A stretch of DNA of 64,000 nt from Cycas panzhihuaensis (lineage: Eukaryota > Plantae > Cycadophyta). A program made the position numbers and the translations under genes. The stretch covers positions 177,513,741 to 177,577,740 of the forward strand of contig CM041465.1 in the NCBI GenBank assembly GCA_023213395.1, written 5' to 3'. Of this stretch, positions 25,331-37,598 are shown one piece after another (within the stretch, counting starts at the first letter, position 1; each line of letters opens with the position of its first letter). The notes below the pieces were generated by a model that had not been told where the DNA came from, made no database searches, and was given only the letters and a program-made list of their open reading frames with translations.

Positions 25331-26234
25331 CTAGGCTTGAGTTTCTCTCTCCCTTGTGGCCTTTCTAGGGGGTCTGCCCACCTTCTTTTCCATCCCATAA
25401 TCTGGAGCCTTCCTTATTTCTGATGAGGTGCTTCTAGAAACCCATTTATGTGACCCACCCCCTCTGCCTGAATCTGAACCTCTCGCCCCACCACCCCTTC
25501 CTCCTTCCACTGCCAATCCTACCTGCCTCTCCTCTAGATTCTGGTCTTTCGGGACCCCCTCCTTGGGTTCAGAAAAATAATCTTCTAAATCCCAGTTTAT
25601 GTTCTTAGCCAGCTTAGCAAGTGCCTCATCAGTTGAGGCCCGGATATCACCTTCCCCTCGAGTCCATTCTGGGTCCTCACAGTCTCTCCAAAGCGGAAAC
25701 CAGCGTTCTCAACACCTTTAGACTTTCCTTTCCCAGATTCCATTTCCACCGGGATCTCCCCTCCTCCTTCCTGAGTTTCCTTTTCAGTTTCTGTTTCTGA
25801 GTGATCAACCCCGGTGAGGCCTCCACGACACCCGCCCATTCTGGGGCACCTCCTCTATACTATCCCCTTTCTCTTCTCCAGTGTTATTGTTATCTGTTCT
25901 TCTGGTTTCCCCTTTGATATCCTCCTGATTATCCTCCTTCCTCGGGATTCTCGGGCATTGAAAGGGGAGATGCCCCCGGATCTTACACTTTGTGCACCTG
26001 AATATCTCCACCTCATAAAATAAACCTTGATTAATGGACCTCCCATCCGACTCCAACTCTATCTCGTCCGGGAGCTCTTCCTCGAGCTTAGCCAGCACAC
26101 AGAATCTGGCATTCATCAATCTAGATTTATGTTTGGTAGCTGAATCGACAGCTAGAAGAGGCCCTATCATTTTGGCTATCCCTTTTACCGTCTCCGGGTT
26201 CCAAAAATGTAGGGGAAGCCCAGGAAGTTGAACC
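25331..26234 (-). pseudogene. LINE ORF1 C-terminal part (zinc knuckle), frameshifted
   Basis: VQLPGLPLHFWNPETVKGIAKMIGPLLAVD...ARFCV and CTKCKIRGHLPFQC, which are typical plant L1 ORF1 motifs. Confidence 0.9.
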
Positions 26235-28289
26235 TTTCCATACCCTTTATCATATATGATAAGTCAAATTTATCACTTATAAACACATATCATATATTAA
26301 TTAGATTCCTCAATAACTTATTTTGGTATGTTAAGTAATCCATATATGAGACTTCTTCTCCATGTCTCATAAACAGGTGAAAAATAATATTATCTCATTG
26401 ATTCATCAGTATCAACTTCAAACAAATTGTACCTTTTATCATTATCAAATAGGTGGTGTTATTAACCATTCAAACAAATGTATAATAAACCAAGTGATTA
26501 TTACATTTTACTAGTATTGCATAGTTTCACCAAATCAAATGTGTAAATAATAAGGGAAATTTTTATTATGTCTAGTGTATCTAAGATTTCCACATCAATT
26601 TTTTACCAAACATATTCACATATCTTTCATTTTTCATTAGTTTAAACCTTATAATGTTATAAATAAACCTTTATATATTATATTTTAAACAAAACTTTTT
26701 TTTTTTTGTCAACTATTATCAATCTCATCATTATGATCTTTGAAGCCTTTAAAAACATTAAAAAATATTAAAACATATCTAAAAAGCCTAAAAAATACAT
26801 CTTTTATAAATCCAAAACCACTATGCTTAACTTTACCTATTAAAATCTCTATTATCTGATTTCTAAAATATGTCTTACAACCACTCATTTTAACCATCTC
26901 AAAATTCTCTTCTCAATACAACTAACACTTTAAAAAATAGACACTCTAATAAAAAGTTATAATTGAAAATATGATAATATGTCATCAAAAGGTCAACAGT
27001 TCTTTAGAAAATCATTTTAGCTCCTTTTGGTTGGGCTCATGGTCATATTGGCTCCTTCTTATAATTAATTGTTGCTGGTTTAGTGGCTTATTGATAAACT
27101 TCATAAAATATTCAAATTTAATTAAATGTATCAAAATATCATGTTTGCTTAATAACACATATCTATTGATTTTACTACATATCAATTGGTATAGACTTGT
27201 TGCCTATTTTACATATACTAATGGAGTATTATCATCATCCTAATAGTGAATTTCAACTATGAAACATTCATAATAATCTCTAGAATGGTTCAAAAATAAT
27301 AGTGAATCCAACTTCAAGAACAAAATGCTCATAAAAGCCTTTCCTAGTGAACTAATAAATTGATGTAATACTTCATTGATGTGTTGCTTTCACAGGGTGA
27401 TCAATTCTATTTGGGTAATCTCATGTGCATGAACATCAAATACACTTGCATGTTTAAAAAATATAGATCCACATGCATAAATTAATATCCACAATAAATT
27501 AAATAGCATACTCATCAATTTGTAGCTTTCAACATATATATGTGGTTTTGTATCAACTTCTTCTTGCTCCTAAATCTTAGTCACATACCACTGGCATAAT
27601 CAACTTTTGGCTTATCAAAATACATCTTAAATTAACTCATGTATTAACTTTATAATTGGCTCGTATAGGTTTTAATCTATCTTCACAAAATCTTTTACAA
27701 CATGGATTTAATCAACTGTATTCATAATAACTAATGCTCTAATAGCTCAACCTAAGGTCTGACACTATATAAGAATTTAGAATTTCACTCTAATATTATA
27801 TTGAAATATACTTATAATATATAGTAGAAATATATCAAACATATATAATGATTCAATTATATCATGAGGAATGTACACAATTCATATATTGTAAAATCAA
27901 CATATTAAGCAATAACATGAAGATAAAGTCATAAGCATTACAAAGTATCACCATAAAAGAAACAATAGATTTATAAGTGAAAGATATAGTGTAGAAAAAA
28001 CTATAGAAGAATATTGAAATTGAGAGCTCCTCATTATGATAACAAATAATTACATCTCTAAACCAATTCTTCTTTTTCAAGTTTTTAAGTAGTGTATATA
28101 CATGTTTATAGATATGTTACCTCATGAATAGCCATTAATATCTCTTGAGCCTTTTCATCATCTAATAGGATGTGTACATGAATAATCGTGTATATCAAAT
28201 CTATCAATACTTTTGTTAAGTGATATTTTGTATGGGTCCATAACTTTATATTAAGCATTAAATATTTGAAAATATAACATATTCTAATA

Positions 28290-28655
28290 GTCTGATAAAT
28301 GGTAATTATTTTATATGGATATCAGTTATTTTTTAAATTGAAGATTAATTAATAGAGAAGCTTATATTTATATGTTTATAACTTTATAAGTGGTGGTATT
28401 TACTCATAAGAGGCTAAGCAATTTTAGGACCTTATAGTTCTTATTTCTTGGTAGTAATTTGAGAAGATGAAAATTTTTGCTACGAAAATAAAGTTTTTTC
28501 TATTATTTATAAATGAAACATTAAAGGGGAGTGTACAATATTGTATAATATTTAATTTATAAATATAAAAATCCCTTTCATATATAATCTCTGTCATGTA
28601 TAATTATAAAAATATGTGCACTTATAGAGAATTATACAATACATATATAAGTATT
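28290..28655 (+). mobile_element. 3' internal end, PPT and start of the 3' LTR of a further decayed LTR element
   Basis: PPT aaggggag at 28524-28531 is followed by TG at 28532 and enclosed by a 17/19-bp inverted repeat, as in the other elements. Confidence 0.55.
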
Positions 28656-30439
28656 TGTAGAGGTTGTCAAATATAATTAGACAATTATGAGGTGACTATA
28701 TTTACAAGTTTGTTGCTCTCATAATATAATACTTATGATATTTCCCACCATATTTTTATCTTATATATTTATTGCATATTTTATCTTATTTATGCATTTA
28801 TTAACATGTTATTTAATCATCTCATAATAAATTTTATAGTGTGTTTATGTTTAATATTATTTCCTACATTTATTAGTTCATAATGTTAAGTATTACATTT
28901 ATGCATATGATTTTTTATGAGGTGATTTAATGATCATTTCCTACTATACTATTATTTAATGTATTTTTTTCATACTTTATCTTACTTATGCATTTATTGT
29001 CAGATCATTTAATGACCTCATGATATATTTTATATTGTGTTTATGTCTAATATCATTTCCCACATTTTTATTCTTCATCATTTCCTCATATTTTTATTAA
29101 TAACCCACCTCTATCATTCTCCATATATCCCTCTCTAATATTTATCCTTGTAGAAATCCATCATACCACTTATCCTCCATACTCTATCTTCTCTTATTGA
29201 TTATATGCATGTATTATACCATAATATGATTTGTATATTATACCACCCCTACCATCCAACATCCACGCTTCAATTTCCATCTCTGACATCCCCCTCACTC
29301 TTATCTTACTAAATCTCCACATCCCTTATTCCTTGATTCTCTATAGGCATTACTCTATCATTTGATATTACACTATCATCCTAACTTACTACCTCCCCTA
29401 CACTCTTCTATAAACATCCATACTTCATCTTCACTCTTCACATACCCTTATTTTATATCCCCTTATAAACCTTTTATCTATATAAAATTCCTACTATATT
29501 GACTAAACCCCCTATAATTCTCATCTCTAATTCTCTCACTTAAGCTCGATTACTCCCCTTCAAGTCATCCTCTCTATAAATCTTTATACCCCTTTTCCAT
29601 TAGTGTCCCTTTCTAAACTTTTTATCCAAACATTACTTCTATCATATTAAATAATCTCACTCCCATTGATGAGACCTTAATCATATTTACCATTATTTGC
29701 CATTTATTCACAACCACCTCATCTTTATATTTACACATTTTTTAAGGCCAAACTCACATGAATATAATATGGAAATAGTATATATGATCTCAAGTAGTGA
29801 GAACTAATAACCCACGAGTTTTAGGATATCTATACTACTTTTAGAATGTGGCATAAAGGTGGTCTAAATTCCTATCATATTTTGCCCTGCGTAGGTAGCA
29901 AGTTAAATAAAAATGTCATCTAAAGATGTCAATCAATATGGCAAATAGCTATTGACATTACTAGCATAGCAAAAGAAAATACTTTAATGATAAAACACCT
30001 CAAAAATGGGGGAATTATACTAATCCAACCACCTATGAAGAAATCTAAATCTGATTATTATTATTTTATTAAACAAATGAAGTTAATTTTAATATTAATG
30101 GTATATATAAACGAAATAGACCCTTATGGAAGATGAGGATTAGTATTTTTCTCTTATTAATCAATTAATTCCATGCGAGTGTTTTAATGCATTCTAGAGG
30201 CACTTTATGTAACGGACTAATTCCGTTGCTAAAGATTGGAGCCAAAAAGGTGGGAACGCATGCATACAGCAAATAATTAAATAATTGATTTATATTGAAT
30301 TGAATAAGAATGATTGATAGATATTCATATTACACTTGGGACCTATTTCTATATGCATATTAGGCCCCTTTCACGAAAGGATGTGCTTGTTCAATAATGC
30401 CCATGAATTAACCTTTCGCTTAAAGAGGTTCATAACGAT

Positions 30440-33400
30440 TCCTCCCTTTTAAGATGTTTCGCCCACGAAACCTTCTCTTCTCAACTCAGGATGAAGTTTG
30501 ATAAAATTGAAAGATTCCCATGAAGCATCTTCAATAGGTAGTTGTTTCCATTTAATCAAATATTCTCGAATAGTCTTTGACTACAATCGACGTTCTCAAA
30601 CTTCAAGGATAACTTCTGGTAATAGAATTAATTTGCCTTCTTCATCTAGGAGGGGCAGTTCTGTCTATACCTGTACACAATTTCAAATTTTCTTTTTGAG
30701 ACAAGATACATGAAATACATTGTGTATTCTTGAAGTTGGAAGTTCTAAGGCATAAACCACTTCGCCGATTTTCTGTGTAATCTGGAAAGGTCCATAAAAT
30801 CGTGGACTCAATTTTTGTTTTTGAGGAGTTTTCAACGATGCTTGCTTGTATGGTTGTAATTTTACATAGACCCAATCTCCGACTTCGAATATTCTTTCTG
30901 TATGATTTTTATCAGCTTGTTGTTTCATATGATTTCTGGCTTCTTCTAAATGTTGTTTTAATATTTGAATTATATTTTGTGATTCCTAGAGATAGTCATT
31001 AACTGCTGGAACCTTATTATCCATTTTTAACCAATCTTTTAATTGAGTTGGCTGGTAGCCATATAATGCTTGGTAAGGGGTCATTTTAATGGATGAGTGG
31101 TAAGAAGAGTTATACCATGCTTCAGCTAAATGTAACCATTTGACCCACAAATGTTGCTTATCCGTTACATAATTTCGTAAATAATTCTCTAAACCTTTGT
31201 TACTGCTTCAGTTTGTCCATCTGTTTGTAGATGATAACTGGTACTCATATTTAATCGTGTACCTACTTGCTGAAATATTTCTTGCCAGAAATGGCTTAAA
31301 AATTTAGGATCTCTGTCGCTAATAATGGTCTGCGGAAAACCATGTAACTTGTAAATTTCTTTGATAAATACTTCAGCTAACTGTTGAGTTTTGTAGTTAG
31401 ATTGAATAGGTATAAAATAAGCAAACTTTGTTAAACGATCCACCACCACATAGATGGCATCTTTTCCTTCTAATTTTGGTAATCCTGTGATAAAATCCAT
31501 GCTGATACTTTCCCATTTTTGTTACGGAATAGGAAGAGGCTGGAGCAAACCCGGAGTAGCAATACGTTCGTATTTATTAACTTGACATACAACACATTCA
31601 GCTATAAATTTCATTATATTTTTTTTCATTCCTTTCCAGAAAAATGATTGTTTGACTCGTAGATATATTTTATAAAATCCTTCGTGACCTGCAGCAGGTA
31701 CTACATGAGCCTCATTTAATATCTTGTTATGGAAAGTTGAGTTTGGTCCTAAGAATATTCATCCTTTATACCATAAAATATCATTTCTCCATTCAAATTT
31801 TTCTTCTTTTCCTTGTTGAACTCTTAGAATGAGTTGTTGAATGTCAGGATCTTTCACATACTCTGATTGTAAGTCCATGATCCATACTGGTTCTATCATT
31901 GATACAGCTTTTAATTGAGATTCTGTATTTTCTTCATCCTTCCGTGACAAGGCATCAGCTACTACATTATTTTTTCCCTTTTTATATGTTATGTCGAAAT
32001 CAAAGGCCTGAATTTTACTTATCCATTTTTGTTGTTCAGGGGATAATTCTTTTGCTTTAGTAAATATTGTAAACTGTTATGATCTGTCTTGACTATAAAT
32101 TTGCTACCTAATAGATACTGACGCCATTTAACTAAAGTGTGTATAATGGCCAACATTTCTTTATCATAAGTTGATTTGAGAATTTTTCGGTTGTTTAACT
32201 TCCTACTTTTAAATACAATGGGTTTACCTTCTTGCATCAGTACTGCACCAATTCCTGTTCCTGATGCATCACATTCTATTATAAAAATTTTAGAAAAATC
32301 AAGTGTTGTAAGCTTCGGTAACTAGGTCACTATTTGCTTGATTTGTTCGAAACATTTTGTTGCTTCTTCATTCCACTGGAAAGAATCTTTTTTTAATAAA
32401 CAGGTTAAAACAGAGGTTTTCTGTGCATAAATTTTCACAAAGCATCGATAATATCCTGTTAAACCCAGAAATCCTCAAAGTTTTGTAATAGTTTTGGGTA
32501 TCGGCCATTCTTGAATTGCCTTAACTTTTCCTGGGTCAGCTCTAATTCCTTCTTTTGATATAAGATGACCCAGATACTCTATTTCTTTCATTCCAAAGTA
32601 ACAATTTGATTTGTTAGCATAAAATTTTTGTTTCTTTAAGGTGTTTAGCACTTGATCCAGATGATTCATGTGTTCTCCCCATTACTTACTGAAAATTAAT
32701 ATGTCATCGAAGAAGACTAAGACAAACTTCCTCAAGAAAGGTTTTAAAACTTGATTCATTATAGCTTGGAATGTGGCTGGCGCATTAGTTAGGCCAAAGG
32801 GCATTACCTTAAACTCATAATGACCATGATGAGTACTGAAAGCTATTTTGTATGTATCTTCCAGTTTAATGCGAATTTGATGATAACTGGATTTTAAATT
32901 GATTTTAGAAAAATATTCTACTCCATGTAATTCGTCTAGTAACTCATCGATTCTGGGTATAGGGAATTTATTTTTTATTGTAACTTTATTTAATGCTCGA
33001 TAATCTATACACATACGGTATGATCCATCTTTTTTTCTTACCAAGATTCTTTGGTCTTTGCAAAAGGACTTTTACTAGGAGTTATTGCTCCTACATCTAA
33101 TAATTCTTCTATAATTTTTTCAATCTCATTGCGATAGTGATGTGGTTGTTTATACGGCTGAATAACAATCAGATTAGTACTTGTTTCTAATTCAATTTGA
33201 TGTTCACATCCCCTGTCTAGTGGTAATTCTGCCAGAAGGTTTTGAAAAACTTCTTTATGCTTCTGGATGACTTTTTGCAGTTCATTTTCTTGTATAGTTA
33301 GTTTAATTTCTACTTGGATTAAAAAAAGTTGAGCCATCATACCACGATGGCCCTTCTTGATTAATTTTTCCATTTTTTTACAAGATATTAGTTGGCTATT

Positions 33401-35032
33401 TCCAAGTTTTTCTCCTTGAAGGACGATAATTCTTCCATCTTTCTTATACCTCATAAATAATTCTTCAAGATTCATCTCAAAAGTTCCCAAGGTTCGTAAC
33501 CATTGACTCCCTAGAATAATATCTACTCCACCCACATCTAGTACATAAAAATTTTCTTTAAGAATAACGTCACCAATAGTTATTTTAAGGTTCTCCATCA
33601 TTCCTTGTCCATATATAACTTGTCGCCCTCCAACACTTACTTGAAAAGGGGTTGTTCTGGAAGGAAATAATTTTAATTGTTGAGCTGATATTCTATCAAT
33701 AAAATTGTGAGTACTTCCTGGATCGATCAAAATCGTGATAGCTTGATTTTTAACAAATCCTCTTAATTTAACCGTGTCTGATCTTGTTAATCCACTCATA
33801 GTGGAGAATGATATTTTTAATGTGTCCTCCTCCTGGTTACATTGATACCCCTGACTTTCCATATTTTCTTGGTCACATTCAGTATCATCTTCTTCTTCAA
33901 CTTCCTCATCCTTTGCTACCGGAGATAATTCGATCGTGTATAATTGATTTTTCTGACATTTATAATTAGGAGTCCATTTTTCAAAGACACCTAAAAGTAG
34001 ATTCTTTTTTCATAGTTCTTCTTGCTCAGCTCTTGTTCTTTGAAGTAATGGTTTAATTGGTCGATTAACTCTGTTAGGTATAGCAGGAGGAGGATTAGGA
34101 CGAGCATACGGGAGAATATAAGGTCTTGTTCTTGCCTTCTTTAATTCATTGATCTTTCCTTCCTGAATTTTGGCTAGTTGTATTGTTTTATTCAGGTCCT
34201 GAGGTTCTTGAATTTTAACACCAACTTGGATCTCAGTTATTAGACCATCTATATATAGCTAGATAAGTCGATTAATCAGAATATCATCTAGCACATAACT
34301 TAATCTTGTAAATGCTGTGCTATACTCTTCTACCGAACCAATTTGTTTTAATCTTCGTAACTCATAATAATAATCACGATTGGATACAGTTTCAAACTGT
34401 TCGATGAATAGGGGTACAAATTCTTTCCAGGTAGGTAATTAATCTCGAAAAGAAGTTCGTTCGAGACACTGCCACCATTCACATGCTATTCCATCCATAT
34501 GTAAAGTGGCTATCGAAACTTGTTCTGCTAGCTCAATCTCCATTAAGCGAAAATAGTTTTCTATTTGTTGTATCCATACTCTCGGTTCATGCGATTTTTG
34601 CTCTATGCTAAAACATTGTATAGTAATTTTTTCTAACTTTTTCTTTTTCTGTGTTTGAATGCTCTGCAAGCAATTAAAGTATGCCTGAAAACCCACTATC
34701 TTTTGTTCTTCAGGAGTTAAATTCTGGTATTCATTAAGATATTTCCTAATAGCCTCATTTTCAAAATTAATGAGAGATATTTGAGGACCCCACTGATTTC
34801 TTAGCATTTGATGTCTGAAATGTGTTTGATGACTATTTGCTTCATCTTCTGAATCAAGTATAATCATATTTTCTTTTCTACTTGTCACCATGATTGTTAG
34901 TTTATCCAAAATTTGGTGTAAAGTATGGTTTAAAAGGGCATTTGACATTTGAACTGCACTATGTACTGCCTAAGTGATTGGTTCAACTATCTCTTTTTGA
35001 ACGGTATTGTCAGCCATGTCTTTAGTATTCAT
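30440..35032 (-). pseudogene. gypsy gag-pol with C-terminal chromodomain, several stops and frameshifts
   Basis: [71 protein letters not shown] motif FYGPFQI, chromodomain EYLIKWKQLPIEDASWE (~30520-30570). Confidence 0.95.
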
Positions 35033-36009
35033 TATTTTAATAATCGTATAAATACAATTCCACTGTTTGACAGTCGTGTTTAGAGTACCAATGCAAGTCT
35101 CAGCTTCTCTTGTTAATCTCTTTTACGCTTGTGTATAAATTTCATAAGCTGAATGAAGCTTTGTAAAGGGACCATCACACGCTTCCAATACTTATCAAAT
35201 TTTACGAGACTTTTGGCTAGAAATAAGCAGCTAATTAAATAAATTGACAAATTGCTGAGGCCTATTTGAGATGATCGATAATTAGGGTAGATAAAAGAGA
35301 ATTATTGATATGGATAATACAATTGAGTGTTTAAGATATATGATTAATAGAGTGAAAATAAAGTTATATTTAATCAATCAAATGTAACGAAATGTTATTA
35401 CAAATAAAAGTTAGTTAATAGATAAAGGTTAGTTATTATAATTAATGTATTGAAGTGAATGCAATAAAGAATGCAATAAAGAGATGTTAAATAACAATTG
35501 CAATAAAGAATGCAATAAAGAGATTTTAAATAAAGAATGCAATAAAGAGGTGTTAAATAACTAATGCAATAAAGAATAAAGTAAGCGGACTTGAAGAAGG
35601 AAGACGTAAGACGGAAGGAAGACATAAGACGGAAGACGTAATAAGACGTAAGAACGTGATGCAGCGAAGATGCAACTCAATGAGTTAAGACGCAACGTAA
35701 TAAAGACGCAACATAGTTAAGACAATGATAAAGACGCAGACGAAAAAATAAATAAATAAATAAAAACACAGACGATGATAAAGACGAGAATGAGGACGCA
35801 GATCTAGTAATCATGTGGGTGGGAAAAAAAAATGGCAATTCGATACCACTTGAGGCGTTCCGTTGATCACACTAAAAAATAATGACTGAAAATTATTAAT
35901 GAATTGAATTATTTTCAAACTTGATGAATATGTAAAAAGTATATTATATATAAAAGTGAACCGCGACAAAATTACGATTATGACTTATGGAATATAATGA
36001 CTATAATTA

Positions 36010-36012
<3 letters not shown>

Positions 36013-36052
<40 letters not shown>
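36013..36052. repeat. (TA)20 microsatellite in the gypsy 5' leader
   Basis: Uninterrupted TA run. Confidence 0.95.
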
Positions 36053-36057
<5 letters not shown>

Positions 36058-37598
36058 GAACACCATTACTTAAGCTGAAGTATATTAATACACTTCGTCG
36101 TTGGCCGATTATTTTAGGGACGCGGCTGGTGTGTTCAACGTTTATCAGTCGAACAGTGGTTGTGTTCTGGACTTTGTAAACTCCGTGAATCGTTTTATAA
36201 TTGGTAGCGAGACTCTTAAATAATGATATTATTATTGAATCTTAAAAGTCACAAATTCAGATGTAGCCGTAACTAACTCAGTAGTAAATCAATGACACAC
36301 AGTCCCTGAATGATGAGAGACTGCCGAAGACGTGTCATGGCGGAGGATGCCGGTGAATGAAGCAATATATATTACGGTGTGATGAGGTGAGTATGTGTCA
36401 CTGATCTAGATATTGCGATAGTAGATATTTGTCTGGCTTAATAAGAAAGTATTACAATAACCATGATTTCAGCGACTAGAATTCAGCAACTAGAACCAGT
36501 GACGAGATTGAGATTTCAATGACTAGAATTTAACAACTAATGATGAGAACAACTGCCTAGTGATGAGACACTTAGACCAACGCTGAGAATGAGATTAGCA
36601 ACAAGAACGATCAGACCAGCGAATGAGAACGCTAGTTACGGAAGACGTTTCTAGAATGCAGGTACGGAAGACGAATGGAAGACAGAAACGGTAGATGCAG
36701 AGACAGCAGACAGAAGACTAAGAAGGCAGACGCTGAGATGGCAGTGGAATTAGGATTGGGTAATTGTACAAATGCAATTCGTTTAGAACAATTTGTACCA
36801 GATTGAGTCTGCTCTAATACCACTTGTAACGGACCAATTAATTCTTTGAAGATTAGCCAAAAGGTGGGAGCATGCATCTGACAAATAGTTAAATAATTGA
36901 TTTATATTGAATTGAATAAGAATGAATGATAGATATCCATATTACACTTGGGACCTATTTTTATATGCATATTAGGCCCCTTTCACGGAAGGATGTGCCT
37001 GTTCAATAATACCCATTAATTAACCTTTCGCTTAGAGAGATTCATAACACTTTAGCACACTATACACTTACTTTATTCTCTTCATTCTGAACATTATCAA
37101 AGTTTCTTGTATATTTTATTGAATATTTTGTTATTTAGTACTTTATTTATCCTATTCCTTCATTTATTTTTTATTATTTCCTACTATTATTTTATCATAT
37201 TATAAATAGAATTTTCTCTACTTAAGGGCATTACCATAAGTATTGACTTATTAGATTGCAAGCATCTCTCTCAAATCAAAGTTGAACATCAACCTCTACT
37301 TCTTAGTGGCTACCATACATCGATAGCATTGCTAGTAGACCCACAATCAGTGTGGCACTAATAGTTAAATTCAAAATCTATTGCATTCACTTATACAAGT
37401 TTAAATCTTATTGGTAATACGAAAAGATCATGGGCTCATTTTCTACTATGATCGCTTATGGCAATGCTAATACTCAACTATAATTTATTTTTCAACCAAT
37501 AATATTTGCATGTAATAGCCATAATAATGGATTAAATGGATTTAAACTTGAATAATTTTAGACCTCAAACTTATGCTTAATATTAATAAAGTATTTAC

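Larger units (their letters stand above)
20695..26234 (-). mobile_element. L1-clade LINE, 5'-truncated in ORF1, with poly(A) tail and imperfect TSD
   Basis: poly(T) at 20695-20707 on + (element ends ...CTTATC-A13). TSD-like tttccatgcccccttt (20682-) / tttccatacccttt (26235-). Sharp rise in GC content. ORF1 and ORF2 domains are present. Confidence 0.96.
19426..28289 (-). mobile_element. non-autonomous LTR element (LARD/TRIM-like); LTRs 19426-19839 and 27799-28289; hosts the LINE
   Basis: The two LTR blocks align with indels. PPT (rc) ctccccctt at 19840-19848 and degenerate PBS (rc) actctaatatta at 27787-27798. About 2.4 kb of interior outside the LINE has no pol motifs. Confidence 0.8.
30208..37049 (-). 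mobile_element. full-length Ty3/gypsy chromovirus (Reina-like); LTRs 30208-30437 and 36825-37049; TSD CTTTA
   Basis: cttta at 30203-30207 and 37050-37054. PBS (rc) gctctaatacca at 36811-36822 and PPT (rc) ttcctccctttt at 30439-30450. Short LTRs and gag-PR-RT-RH-IN-chromodomain order. Confidence 0.96.
28656..37360 (+). mobile_element. putative long (~1.8 kb net) LTR of an old gypsy-type element, split by the Reina-like insertion
   Basis: Starts tgtagagg at 28656. Contains a degenerate ~197-bp duplication (28741-29080) and a pyrimidine-rich tract. Ends near ...cccacaatca, followed by tggcacta (37353-37360), possibly a decayed TGGCGCC-type PBS. Confidence 0.35.

Noticed and set aside
20975-26231. 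Numerous plus-strand ORFs of 60-195 aa over the LINE
   Set aside because: Antisense shadows of a GC-rich coding strand, with no recognisable domains.
30440-35032. Endogenous pararetrovirus or env-bearing retrovirus
   Set aside because: It has LTRs, a TSD, integrase and a chromodomain. No movement, coat or env-like ORF is visible.
35455-36735. Short repeats with intervening sequence, resembling a CRISPR array
   Set aside because: Repeats are 6-14 nt, irregularly spaced and inside a retrotransposon leader. There are no cas genes and the context is eukaryotic.
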